Shown piece by piece: positions 1 to 8,641 of a stretch of 64,000 nt of DNA. Below the pieces are notes generated by a model. It was not told the origin of the DNA and ran no database searches. It worked only from the letters and a program-made list of their open reading frames with translations. Within the stretch, counting starts at the first letter, position 1. Each line of letters begins with the position of its first letter. The DNA comes from Candidatus Multivoradales bacterium (GTDB lineage: Bacteria; Acidobacteriota; Thermoanaerobaculia; Multivoradales; JAHEKO01): positions 480,001 to 544,000 of the forward strand of contig CBDCVR010000015.1 in NCBI GenBank assembly GCA_965223155.1, in the 5' to 3' direction. The position numbers were made by a program, and so were the translations under genes.

Positions 1-1524
1 TGGACCGGCGGCGGCCAATGGCAGGCCGCCCTGCTGCTGCTACTGCTGGCCGGGGTCATCTCGGCGTTTCTCAACAACACGGCCGCCGTCGCGGTGTTCA
101 TGCCGGTCGCCATCCACCTTGCCCGCCATCACCGCTTCAGCCCGACGCGCCTGCTGATGCCGCTGTCGTTTGTCGCCATCTTCGGCGGAACGTGTACGTT
201 GCTGGGTACCTCGACCAATCTGCTGGTCGGCTCGCTGGCCGAGGAATCCGGCCTCGAACCGTTCACGATGTTCGAGTTCGCGGCTCTCGGCGGCGTCCTC
301 TTCTTGACCGGATTCGCCTATACGGCCCTCGTGCCGATGCGCCTTCTGGAGTCCCGCAGCACACCCTCGAACCTGACCCGCAAGTACCACCTAGGCGGTT
401 TCCTGACCGAGCTCAAGGTGGCTCCGGACTCGAAGCTCCTACACCGCACGGTCTTAGACGAGAAGGTGAGTGAGCGCTACGACCTGACCGTGCTCGAGAT
501 CCTGCGCGGCAAGACCAAGATCGCGGCCGACATCCGCAACACGCCGCTGCTGCTCGACGACGTTCTCATCGTGCGCGGCTCGGTCGACGACATCGTCGCC
601 TTCAAAGAACAACAAGGCCTGTTGCTGCTGACCGACATCAAGCTCAGCGACAAGGACCTGAGTGACGCCAACACGGTGCTGTCCGAGCTCCAGTTGTCCC
701 CAACCTCGAGGCTAGTCGGCTCGTCTCTCAAGGACATCGACTTCCGCCGCCAGTTCGGCGCTTTCGTCCTGGCCTTGAGCCGCACCGGCGGGCTGGTGCA
801 GGACAAGATCGCCACCATTCCACTGCGTGCCTGGGACACGCTCCTGGTCTTCGGGCCCAAGTCTCGCGTCGAAGCGCTCTACGACCGGGAGGAGTTCGTC
901 CCGCTCGGAGAACGCGAGGTGCGCCTGCGCCTGGCCAAGCGCTGGTGGATCAGCGCTCTGACTGTGCCCCTGGTGGTTTTCTTTGCCGCCCTCGGCATCA
1001 TGTCGATTCTCAAGGCCTCGATTCTGGGCGCCGTCTTCCTGCTGGCGACCCGGACCATCACCATCCAGCAAGCGTACCGGGCGATCGACTGGACGGTCTT
1101 TTTCCTGCTGGCCGCGATCCTGCCGCTGGGAACCGCGATGCAGAACACGGGCCTGGCCGAAGTCATCGCCTCCTGGATCGAGCCCGTCGGCGTTCACTTC
1201 GGCCCGCTTGCGATGCTGTCGTTTCTCTATCTCAGCACCACGCTCTTGACGTCGATGTTCTCGAACAACGCCACCGCGGTCTTGATGGTGCCCATCGCCA
1301 TGGGTGCCGCGGCCAATCTCGGCGTCAACGTCAAGCCGTTCCTGATGGCCATCACCTACGCCGCCTCCACCAGCTTCATGACCCCGGTCGGCTACCAGAC
1401 CAACGCCATGGTCTTCGGTCCGGGAGCCTATCGATTCAACGACTTCCTGAAGTTCGGCACGCCGCTTACGCTCCTCTTCTGGATCCTCTCGACCTGGCTG
1501 ATTCCGATCTTCTGGCCGTTCTGA
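1..1524 (+). CDS. SLC13/CitMHS-type permease with TrkA-C (RCK_C) domains, 5'-truncated by the window edge
   Basis: Frame 1 is open from base 1 (WTGGGQW...ISAFLNNTAAVAVFMP). Motifs GGTCTLLGTSTNLLV, SNNATAVLMVPIA and TPVGYQTNAMV; two central RCK_C-like repeats. Confidence 0.9.
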   Translation, partial: WTGGGQWQAALLLLLLAGVISAFLNNTAAVAVFMPVAIHLARHHRFSPTRLLMPLSFVAIFGGTCTLLGTSTNLLVGSLAEESGLEPFTMFEFAALGGVLFLTGFAYTALVPMRLLESRSTPSNLTRKYHLGGFLTELKVAPDSKLLHRTVLDEKVSERYDLTVLEILRGKTKIAADIRNTPLLLDDVLIVRGSVDDIVAFKEQQGLLLLTDIKLSDKDLSDANTVLSELQLSPTSRLVGSSLKDIDFRRQFGAFVLALSRTGGLVQDKIATIPLRAWDTLLVFGPKSRVEALYDREEFVPLGEREVRLRLAKRWWISALTVPLVVFFAALGIMSILKASILGAVFLLATRTITIQQAYRAIDWTVFFLLAAILPLGTAMQNTGLAEVIASWIEPVGVHFGPLAMLSFLYLSTTLLTSMFSNNATAVLMVPIAMGAAANLGVNVKPFLMAITYAASTSFMTPVGYQTNAMVFGPGAYRFNDFLKFGTPLTLLFWILSTWLIPIFWPF

Positions 1525-1529
1525 CCGGC

Positions 1530-2156
1530 CTACAGCGATCGGTCCAGTAGCTGCTCGACACGAGCCACGACCATCGCCAGCGCCACCTGGTTCTCGCCTC
1601 CCTGGGGCACGATCACATCAGCCCAGCGCTTGGATGGCTCGACGAATTCGAGATGCATGGGCCGCACGCTGTCGAGATACTGACGGATGACCGAATCCAG
1701 GCTGCGGCCGCGCTCCCGCAGGTCCCGCTCCAAGCGGCGAATAAAGCGCACGTCGGCGTCGGTATCGACGAAGATCTTGAAATCCAGGAGCCGACGAAGG
1801 CGAGGCTCCGCGAAAAGCAGAATGCCCTCCACCAAGACCACCGGGTGCGGCTCGACCGTACGGGTCTCGGTGGTTCGGCGGTGGGTCACGAAGTCGTAGA
1901 TCGGAGCTTCGACCAGCTGGCCGCTCTTCAGGGCGGCCACGTGGGTCAGCAACAGCTCGTGGTCCAGCGCTTCCGGATGGTCGAAGTTGTGCTCGGCGAG
2001 CTCCTCCGGGCCGGTCCAGTCGACGTCTCGATAGTAGGCGTCCTGCTCGAGCCAGGCGATGCGATCGGCGCCCACGGCGTCCAGAATCGCTCGGGCCACC
2101 GTCGTCTTACCCGACCCCGTGCCGCCGGCAACGCCCAAGACCACCGCTTCGCCCAT
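1530..2156 (-). CDS. udk: Uridine kinase
   Basis: GVAGGTGSGKTT P-loop, QDAYY, NFDHPEA, EGIL, VRPMHLEFVEPSKRWAD. Start reset to ATG 2156. Confidence 0.95.
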   Translation of the reverse strand: MGEAVVLGVAGGTGSGKTTVARAILDAVGADRIAWLEQDAYYRDVDWTGPEELAEHNFDHPEALDHELLLTHVAALKSGQLVEAPIYDFVTHRRTTETRTVEPHPVVLVEGILLFAEPRLRRLLDFKIFVDTDADVRFIRRLERDLRERGRSLDSVIRQYLDSVRPMHLEFVEPSKRWADVIVPQGGENQVALAMVVARVEQLLDRSL

Positions 2157-2166
2157 CGTTTCGACT

Positions 2167-2922
2167 CTACCCGGAGCGCGAGGCGCGGAGAAGTTCCGAG
2201 AGCTCGGACAAGCTGCCGATGACCCCGTCTGGCGCCGGACCGCCCCCGTCGGCGCTTCGCAGCCAGACCGTGCGGACCGCCGCCGCCCGGCCCGCCACGA
2301 CGTCGGTAGCCCGGCGATCCCCAACGAACACGGCCCGCGCCGCCTCGACCTCCAGGGCGGCCAAGACCGAGCGCACCATCGCCGGCGAGGGCTTGCGGCT
2401 GCCCGAGTCGTAGCTGAACCGGGTCGCGCCGAAGGAGTCCAAGAGCTCGTGCCGGGCCAGCACCTCCCGGTAGAGCGCGCCCGGAAGCGGCACGTTCGAG
2501 ACCAGGCCCAGCTTGCATCCCAGTGCCACCGCCGCCGACACCGTCTGGCGCGCGCCCGGGATCCTCGGCACACTCTCGCCGAAGGGCCGGAACCAGCGGC
2601 CGAGGAGGCTTGCGGCCGGCGTCCGGATCCCGCCCGCGGCCCGCCGCAGCCTGGTCAGGTGGGGACCCCAGTCGGCCTCCCGGCCCTGCTCGGCCCGGCG
2701 CTCGTAGGACTGGCGCCACGGACCGAAGAGCAGCCGCTCCAGGTCTTCCTCGCCGAGAGCCGGCTTGCCCTTCGCCCGCCGGTCGTTGACGAAATCCAGA
2801 AGCGCCTCGCGGCCGCGCCAGTCGGCCCTGCCTTGGGGCAGGCCCCGGCTCCCTCCAAAGTCCAGCAGCACGCCGCCCATGTCGAAGAGCACCGCTTCGA
2901 TGGGGCCCCGCCCCAAGCTCAC
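2167..2922 (-). CDS. HAD-superfamily hydrolase
   Basis: FDMGGVL (motif I variant), VSN, RKPSP, FVGDRRATDV. GTG start at 2922 overlaps the mutM stop (GTGA). Confidence 0.85.
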   Translation of the reverse strand: MSLGRGPIEAVLFDMGGVLLDFGGSRGLPQGRADWRGREALLDFVNDRRAKGKPALGEEDLERLLFGPWRQSYERRAEQGREADWGPHLTRLRRAAGGIRTPAASLLGRWFRPFGESVPRIPGARQTVSAAVALGCKLGLVSNVPLPGALYREVLARHELLDSFGATRFSYDSGSRKPSPAMVRSVLAALEVEAARAVFVGDRRATDVVAGRAAAVRTVWLRSADGGGPAPDGVIGSLSELSELLRASRSG

Positions 2923-3743
2923 CGCTGGCACCCCGGGCAGTAGAAGGTTCCGCGATTCGACAGGGTCTTGCGCCGGAGCGTCCGGCCGCACCGGGAACAG
3001 TCTTCACCCTCACGGCCGTAAACGTCGAGGGCCACCTGAAAGTAGCCGGCCTCGCCGCTACCGTCGGCGAAATCGTTGAGAGTCGTGCCGCCCTCGGCGA
3101 TGGCCTCGGCCAGGACCTCGCGGATCGAGGCGGCGATCCGATCCCAGCGCGGACGCGCGATCCGACCCGCCCGGCGCCAGGGATGGACCCCCGCGCGGAA
3201 TAGCGCCTCGCAGACGTAGATATTGCCGACGCCCACCACGTTGCGCGCGTCCATCAGAAACGACTTGATCGGCGCCTTCCGGCCGGCGGCGAGCTCGGCC
3301 AGGTAGGCGCCGTCGAAGGCTCCGTCCAGCGGTTCGACTCCGAGGTGGCAGAAATGGCGGTCTCGCTCGAGCAACCGGGTGGGCGCCGAAAAGACGAGGC
3401 CGAAACGGCGGGGGTCCCGGAAGCGGAGTTCGCCGTCGTCTTCGACTTCGATCGCCACGTGCTCGTGCGCCTCCTCTGGCCGCCCCTTCGGGCCAAGCGT
3501 CAACCGGCCGCTCATTCCCAGGTGGACCACCAGGGTCTTGTCTCCTGTCAGATCCACGAGCAGGTACTTGGCCCGGCGCCGCAAGTCCAGGACCCGCTGC
3601 CGCGAGCAGTCCCGGCGCAGCTTCGCCACCGACACCGGCTCGCGAAGCCGGGACTCGCGCACCACCACCCGCCCCAGCCTGCGGCCCTCGAGCCTGGGCG
3701 CCAGGCTCCGCCGCAGAACTTCGACCTCGGGCAACTCCGGCAT
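2919..3743 (-). CDS. mutM: Formamidopyrimidine-DNA glycosylase
   Basis: N-terminal MPELPEVE, RRAKYL, HLGMSG, DPRRFG, GVGNIY and C-terminal zinc finger CSRC...CPGCQ. Confidence 0.97.
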   Translation of the reverse strand: MPELPEVEVLRRSLAPRLEGRRLGRVVVRESRLREPVSVAKLRRDCSRQRVLDLRRRAKYLLVDLTGDKTLVVHLGMSGRLTLGPKGRPEEAHEHVAIEVEDDGELRFRDPRRFGLVFSAPTRLLERDRHFCHLGVEPLDGAFDGAYLAELAAGRKAPIKSFLMDARNVVGVGNIYVCEALFRAGVHPWRRAGRIARPRWDRIAASIREVLAEAIAEGGTTLNDFADGSGEAGYFQVALDVYGREGEDCSRCGRTLRRKTLSNRGTFYCPGCQR

Positions 3744-3791
3744 CGCTCGGGATTCTACTCAGACGCCAGCGGCCCGCTCTTGTGCCCAGGC

Positions 3792-3820
3792 TTGACAGCG
3801 CAGCCTCGGTAGGCGAAAAT
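3792..3820 (+). promoter_or_regulatory. Putative sigma70 promoter of the radical-SAM-like gene
   Basis: Perfect TTGACA at 3792-3797, a 17-nt spacer, then GAAAAT at 3815-3820, 8 nt before ATG 3829. Confidence 0.45.
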
Positions 3821-3828
3821 GGAGCGTA

Positions 3829-4647
3829 ATGTCGAATCTCAACCAAGCAACCCTGCCTCTTCCGTTCGCTCAAACCTCCGGACGCTTTCCGCCGCCGGCC
3901 GCCACCCCTCTCACTCGAATCGACGGTACCGAGTACCGCATCGTCCGGGTCCGCCGCGCTCTCGGCAGAGACGGGTCCGGCGCGGCGTCCTATCGACTCG
4001 ATCCCTATCGCGCCAACGGCGACCCGGCCCGCGGCCGGATCGTGCTGGTCCGCAATGGTCTGCCCGACCGGCTCCGGGCCGAGCTCGCCCGGCGCGACCT
4101 GCGAGGCACGGCGCTCCGGCTCGGCGCCGGCATGGATCCGTATCCGCCGGGTGAGGCCAAGTTCTTTGTCGTCGCGCGAACGCTGGCGGCATTGGGCTGG
4201 CTTCGGGAAGTCGATCTGACGCTCCAGACCCGTTCGGCTCTCGTCCTGCGCGACCTCGAGATGCTGAAGACCCTCGATCTCGGCAACACGGTGCGGGTGA
4301 TCGTACCGCTGGCGACGACCGACCCTGAAGAAGCGAGCCGGCTCGAGCCGGGAGCGCCCCGGCCCGAAGCTCGTCTCGCCACCGTGCGCGCGCTGGCAGC
4401 CGAAGGCCTGTCGGTCCACCTTGTGTGCGCACCGGAGCTCGGTGCGCTCGACGAGCTGGAGGCTGTCTTCCGGCAGGCCCGAATGGCCGGGGCGACCGAC
4501 GTTCGCCTGGCCCCGCGCCGGCTGCCCTTTGGGAACCCTGCCGGCGCGGCGCGGATACGAGACGGCAATGAGAGCCGCCTCGACAACCTGCTCCACCGGC
4601 TGCGCATGGCCTACGGCTTTCCGGCGCGCCGGATCGGCCGCGGCTAG
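3829..4647 (+). CDS. Rv2578c/SplB-like radical-SAM-fold protein lacking the CxxxCxxC motif
   Basis: LDPYR, LPDRLRAEL, LGAGMDPYPPGE, QTRSALVLRDL and LEPGAPRPEARLATVRALAAEGL follow the family pattern, but the cluster-binding cysteines are absent. Confidence 0.7.
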   Translation: MSNLNQATLPLPFAQTSGRFPPPAATPLTRIDGTEYRIVRVRRALGRDGSGAASYRLDPYRANGDPARGRIVLVRNGLPDRLRAELARRDLRGTALRLGAGMDPYPPGEAKFFVVARTLAALGWLREVDLTLQTRSALVLRDLEMLKTLDLGNTVRVIVPLATTDPEEASRLEPGAPRPEARLATVRALAAEGLSVHLVCAPELGALDELEAVFRQARMAGATDVRLAPRRLPFGNPAGAARIRDGNESRLDNLLHRLRMAYGFPARRIGRG

Positions 4648-4654
4648 CGGCCCG

Positions 4655-6133
4655 CTAACGCCGCGTGGCCAGGCCGCCGGCGAGGCCGGTGACAAAGGCG
4701 GTCAGCACCAGATCGGGGCTCCCCGAGCCACCCTTGAGCTGCTCCTCGACCTCGAGAACCCGGGCCGGCAACGCCTCACGCGCCCGCGCGGCCATCCGCC
4801 CAGAGGCGAGATACGCCTTGTGCAAACGGTAGGGATGAAGCGACGCCAGCGGATTCGCGGCTCCCGACTCCAGCGAGGCCTGAAGCTTGGGAGCGACCGC
4901 CGACTTGAAGCGCTGAAAATTCGACTCGCCGGCGCGCACGCGACCGCTTTCGATCGCTCCGCCGATCGCGGTGAGGTGCCGGCAGAAACCCGCCAGGAGC
5001 GCCCACAGTGAAAGACGGGCCGCCATCGTGTCCTCGGCCACCTCGAGGTAGCGGCTGACCCGAGCCGAGGCCTCGCCTGGCTGGCCGGCGCCGATCGCGT
5101 CCAGCACCGCCCAAACATCTTCGTCTCCGCGGTCGGCAATGGTCTCGCGCACCAGCTCCAAGCTGATCCTGCCTTCGGGTGCCAGGGAGGCGAGCTTGCG
5201 AAATTCGGCGGCGAAGCGAGCGCTACTGTCGACCTGAACGGCCTCTCCGGGCTTGGAGAAAGCCTTCCCCTTGCGTAGCGTTCGCCGGGCCAACTCGGCC
5301 GTCGCCCGGGGCTCGATCGAGGCTCCGGTCTGGCGAGACAGCTCGGCCGCCAGCACCTCGACGCCCTCGAAGCCCTTGCGTCCGGAGGTGACTTGGGCGA
5401 GCTCCACGTACGCGCCGGCGCGCTCCAGAGTGCCCACCAGGGGGTGCTCGGCAGCCACCGAGCTCTCGGCCAGAACCAGATGATGGCCTTCGGGCAGGCC
5501 CCTCCGAGCGAGGTCCGCCAGGGTCTCGACCGCGCCCTCGGAGGCACCCTCGAGCTCCGCCTCCCGGCCCGCCACGAGCAAGGACGTGAAGCCCTCCCGC
5601 AGCTTCGCGATCTGCGGTTTCGTGCGCTTGCGGGAGCCGCGGCGGCCACGCCCCCCGGCCTTGGCACCGGCGAAGACCCAGTCAGGAAGCTTCTGGAGCA
5701 GGCGCGCCGGCTCGGTGCCGTACGGATCCAACTCGAAAAGACGCAGGGTCTGGAACAGGCGGCTTGCTGCCCGGCGTTCCCGACCAGTGAGCTCGTCGCC
5801 GCCGCTGTCAAAGGGCAGCACCTCCGCCGCCTCGTCGACGAGAGCCGCCGCCGCCTGGCGCTCGGCCAGCACCACGGTCTCGACGGCGACGATCACCTTG
5901 CCCGGATCGAACAACGAATAGGTTTGAAGATCGGCCAGGATATCGGCGAGCGACTCGGGCCGGCGGCGCACTTCCGCCGGACAGCCCACCCGCTGGGCCA
6001 AGGCCTCACCCAACCGAACCGCGCCCGGCTCCGCCACGACGCGGTCTCCCGACACCAAAAATACGGGCGCGGCGGGACCCGCGCCGTCGAGTCTTTCGAG
6101 GAGCATGTCCAGGGCGCTGGTTGCGGCCGGCAT
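4655..6133 (-). CDS. holA: DNA polymerase III delta subunit (HolA)-like protein, enlarged
   Basis: PVFLVSGD start, LQTYSLFDPGKVIV, EFRKLASL, ISLELVRETI, DVWAVLDAI, HPYRLHKA and EEQLKGG match the HolA layout. Longer than usual. Confidence 0.65.
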   Translation of the reverse strand: MPAATSALDMLLERLDGAGPAAPVFLVSGDRVVAEPGAVRLGEALAQRVGCPAEVRRRPESLADILADLQTYSLFDPGKVIVAVETVVLAERQAAAALVDEAAEVLPFDSGGDELTGRERRAASRLFQTLRLFELDPYGTEPARLLQKLPDWVFAGAKAGGRGRRGSRKRTKPQIAKLREGFTSLLVAGREAELEGASEGAVETLADLARRGLPEGHHLVLAESSVAAEHPLVGTLERAGAYVELAQVTSGRKGFEGVEVLAAELSRQTGASIEPRATAELARRTLRKGKAFSKPGEAVQVDSSARFAAEFRKLASLAPEGRISLELVRETIADRGDEDVWAVLDAIGAGQPGEASARVSRYLEVAEDTMAARLSLWALLAGFCRHLTAIGGAIESGRVRAGESNFQRFKSAVAPKLQASLESGAANPLASLHPYRLHKAYLASGRMAARAREALPARVLEVEEQLKGGSGSPDLVLTAFVTGLAGGLATRR

Positions 6134-6162
6134 CGTGTGTTCGCGGTCCCGGGAGGCCCCGG

Positions 6163-7623
6163 TCAGGAACCGGCTTTCGGCGAGCCGTCGGGGGCCGTCT
6201 GGGGTGCCGACTCGAGGGGAGCCTCACTCCAGGCGCGGTAGCGATCATAGATGGCCCGCACCGGCGCCAGCCGCACGCCCAGCTCCTCTGCCGTATACGG
6301 CCCTTGCTCGAAGTCCAAGTCGATCGAGTTCCAGGACCCGCACTCGACGCAGCGGTCGCTCCATTCGGCGTGGCTCCGCTGGCACACGCGGCAGACAAAA
6401 TCCGTGTGCGTCACCCCCGCACGCTGCATGCCCGTGCGAAAGGCCGCCAGCGCCTCCTCGGACCGACCCAGCTTCTCCTGGATACGGCCCATGAGAAAGT
6501 GATACGTCGGGGACTCTTCCAACTCTTCGGCGAGTCCCGCGAGGCTGCGCTGCGCTTCTTCGTGCATCTCCAGCCGGTAGTACAGCCGGCCGAGAAAGAA
6601 CCGCGGCAGAACGTTGCTCGCGGCGGCGTCCCGGAGCGCGTGAAGCGTCGAGATCGCCTCGAGCGGCTCGTTGCGCTCGATGAAATGGTCTTCGATCCGC
6701 AGCAGGAAGACCGGACTACCGGTCGCCTCGAAACCGCGGCACCAGGCCGCCACCGCTCCGTCCGGATCGTCCTTCAGGCGCTCGACCTCACCCGCCAGGA
6801 TCAGGGCGGGGACGAACCGAGGCTCGCGCGCCAGAATCTTGTCCAGAAGCTTGCCCGCCTCGTCGAAACGGTCCTCTTCCAGGAGCGAGACCGCGCGCTG
6901 ATACTCGAGACCGGCGACCACCGCCAGTTCCTGGTCCCTCTCGGCGGGCACCTCTTGATCCCCCAGGAGCTTCTCGATGGCCTCGTGCGCCTCGCGCGCC
7001 TCGCGCCAGGACTCGGCGCCCAGATGAGCCGCCCGCCGGCTGCGAAGCTCGGCCAGGCCCTGCGCCGGGAAGTCCCGCAGGATCCGATCCCGGATCTGCT
7101 CGGCCACCTCCAGATCGCCCCGGGCCGCGTAGTCCTGGGAGAGTTGATAAAGAACCGCGACGCTTTGCGGATAGAGCACCGAGGCCCGCCGGTGGACCTC
7201 CATGGCTTCCTCGGTCCGGCCCAGCCGACGCAGCACCTCGCCGTAGCGGACGAGGGTCGAAAAGTCCTCGGGCCGCTCGGCCAGGACGTTTTCGAGCTCG
7301 GCGGCCGCCCTCTGGAAGAGGCCGTCAGCCTCGTAGTCCACCGCCCTGCGGAAGCTCATGTCCAGGCTCTTGGCCTGCCGTTCGAGCCGCCGCGCCCGTC
7401 GCGCCGCCAGGTCGCGGCGTAGCGTCTGAGTCAGGAGAGCGCTTACGACCGGCAAGAAGCCGGCCAGAAACGCGACCAGCAGTGCCGTATGGAGCGGCAC
7501 CGAGGTTTGCGGCGTCACCGCGAAGCGCGTCGCCAGCAGGTCAGAGTTGAGATTGGACAGGTAGGCGACCGCGATCGCAACGACCACGGCGAGCAAGACG
7601 CCTAGAAACGTTCGAAATCGCAC
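6163..7623 (-). CDS. lapB: LapA-like 2-TM domain fused to LapB-like TPR/rubredoxin protein
   Basis: Two N-terminal hydrophobic helices with a VPL...AFLAG LapA-like pattern, multiple TPRs, C-terminal CRVC...CVECGSWNS. Confidence 0.75.
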   Translation of the reverse strand: MRFRTFLGVLLAVVVAIAVAYLSNLNSDLLATRFAVTPQTSVPLHTALLVAFLAGFLPVVSALLTQTLRRDLAARRARRLERQAKSLDMSFRRAVDYEADGLFQRAAAELENVLAERPEDFSTLVRYGEVLRRLGRTEEAMEVHRRASVLYPQSVAVLYQLSQDYAARGDLEVAEQIRDRILRDFPAQGLAELRSRRAAHLGAESWREAREAHEAIEKLLGDQEVPAERDQELAVVAGLEYQRAVSLLEEDRFDEAGKLLDKILAREPRFVPALILAGEVERLKDDPDGAVAAWCRGFEATGSPVFLLRIEDHFIERNEPLEAISTLHALRDAAASNVLPRFFLGRLYYRLEMHEEAQRSLAGLAEELEESPTYHFLMGRIQEKLGRSEEALAAFRTGMQRAGVTHTDFVCRVCQRSHAEWSDRCVECGSWNSIDLDFEQGPYTAEELGVRLAPVRAIYDRYRAWSEAPLESAPQTAPDGSPKAGS

Positions 7624-7651
7624 CGGCTGCCTATGCCGGGCAGCCGCCTAG

Positions 7652-8038
7652 CTACTCCTGTAGAAGACCCTGCTCGGCCAACTCCTGACAATCGATACAG
7701 TACCTCGCCCATGGAACGGCCTGCAAGCGGCGGACTGGGATCTTGGCGCTGCACTCGGCGCAAACTCCGTACTCTCCCGAATCGAGCCGATCCAAGGCCG
7801 AATCGATCTCGACGAGCGTGTCCCGCTCGGTGCCGGAAAGCGAAAGCATGAACTCACGCTCGTAGGCGTCGTTCGCCCGATCCACCAGGTCCTCGGCGCC
7901 GGCGTCGGCCATGCCCTGGCCCACCTTGAGGTCGTGCGTGTAAAGCGCCCTGATTTCCTCGCGCTTCTCGAGGAGTTTCTTGCGCGCGATCTCCACGCTC
8001 TTGCCAGCCTTACTCGCTGTCTTGGTTGCTCTCGCCAC
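7652..8038 (-). CDS. DksA/TraR family transcription factor
   Basis: DLVDRA (DxxDxA) coiled-coil tip; YGVCAEC...RLQAVPWARYCIDC four-Cys zinc finger. Confidence 0.9.
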   Translation of the reverse strand: MARATKTASKAGKSVEIARKKLLEKREEIRALYTHDLKVGQGMADAGAEDLVDRANDAYEREFMLSLSGTERDTLVEIDSALDRLDSGEYGVCAECSAKIPVRRLQAVPWARYCIDCQELAEQGLLQE

Positions 8039-8106
8039 GTTCGCTGCTCCTTGCTCCCTAGAAACGACGGTCTTGGGGCGGTTTTCGCCGCGTCAAACGA
8101 CGACCG

Positions 8107-8604
8107 TCATCCCTGTAACGGCTGGCGATGGTACTTCATTCCACCCAAAATGGACAGACAGCGGAAGACCTGTTCGTAGAGCACCAGGCGCGCCATCTCG
8201 TGGGGCAGCGTCATAGGCCCGAAGGAGATGACTTCGTCGGCTCGGGCGCGCACTGCGGGCGACAATCCGAGGTCGGAGCCCAAGACGAAAGCGAGGGTCC
8301 GGTCCGACTCGAGACGGCGGCCTAGCCAGGCTGCCAGCCGGTCCGACGAGCGGGCCGTCCCGCGCGAGTCCAGAGCCACAAGCCGGCTCCCGGCCGGCAC
8401 CGCGGCCAGGAGCTGCCGCCCCTCGGCCTCGAGCCTGGAGGCCTCGGCCGCGCTCGACCCGCCTCCCGCCCGCACCGTGACGTCGTCGATCGCCACCTGA
8501 CGCCGAATGCGCGTCCGGTAGGCGTCGATCAGCGTTTCCCAGTCATTGCGGCGACGGCGTCCGGCCCACAGCACCAACAGTCGATTCTTCGGGAACTTAC
8601 GCAC
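8107..8604 (-). CDS. rlmH: 23S rRNA pseudouridine1915 N3-methyltransferase
   Basis: LDSRG, FVLGSDLGL, SFGPMTLPHEMARLVLYEQVFR, KYHR. Confidence 0.92.
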   Translation of the reverse strand: MRKFPKNRLLVLWAGRRRRNDWETLIDAYRTRIRRQVAIDDVTVRAGGGSSAAEASRLEAEGRQLLAAVPAGSRLVALDSRGTARSSDRLAAWLGRRLESDRTLAFVLGSDLGLSPAVRARADEVISFGPMTLPHEMARLVLYEQVFRCLSILGGMKYHRQPLQG

Positions 8605-8641
8605 ACAGGCCTCGCCGGTCGGTTGCTATTATCTCCGCCCC

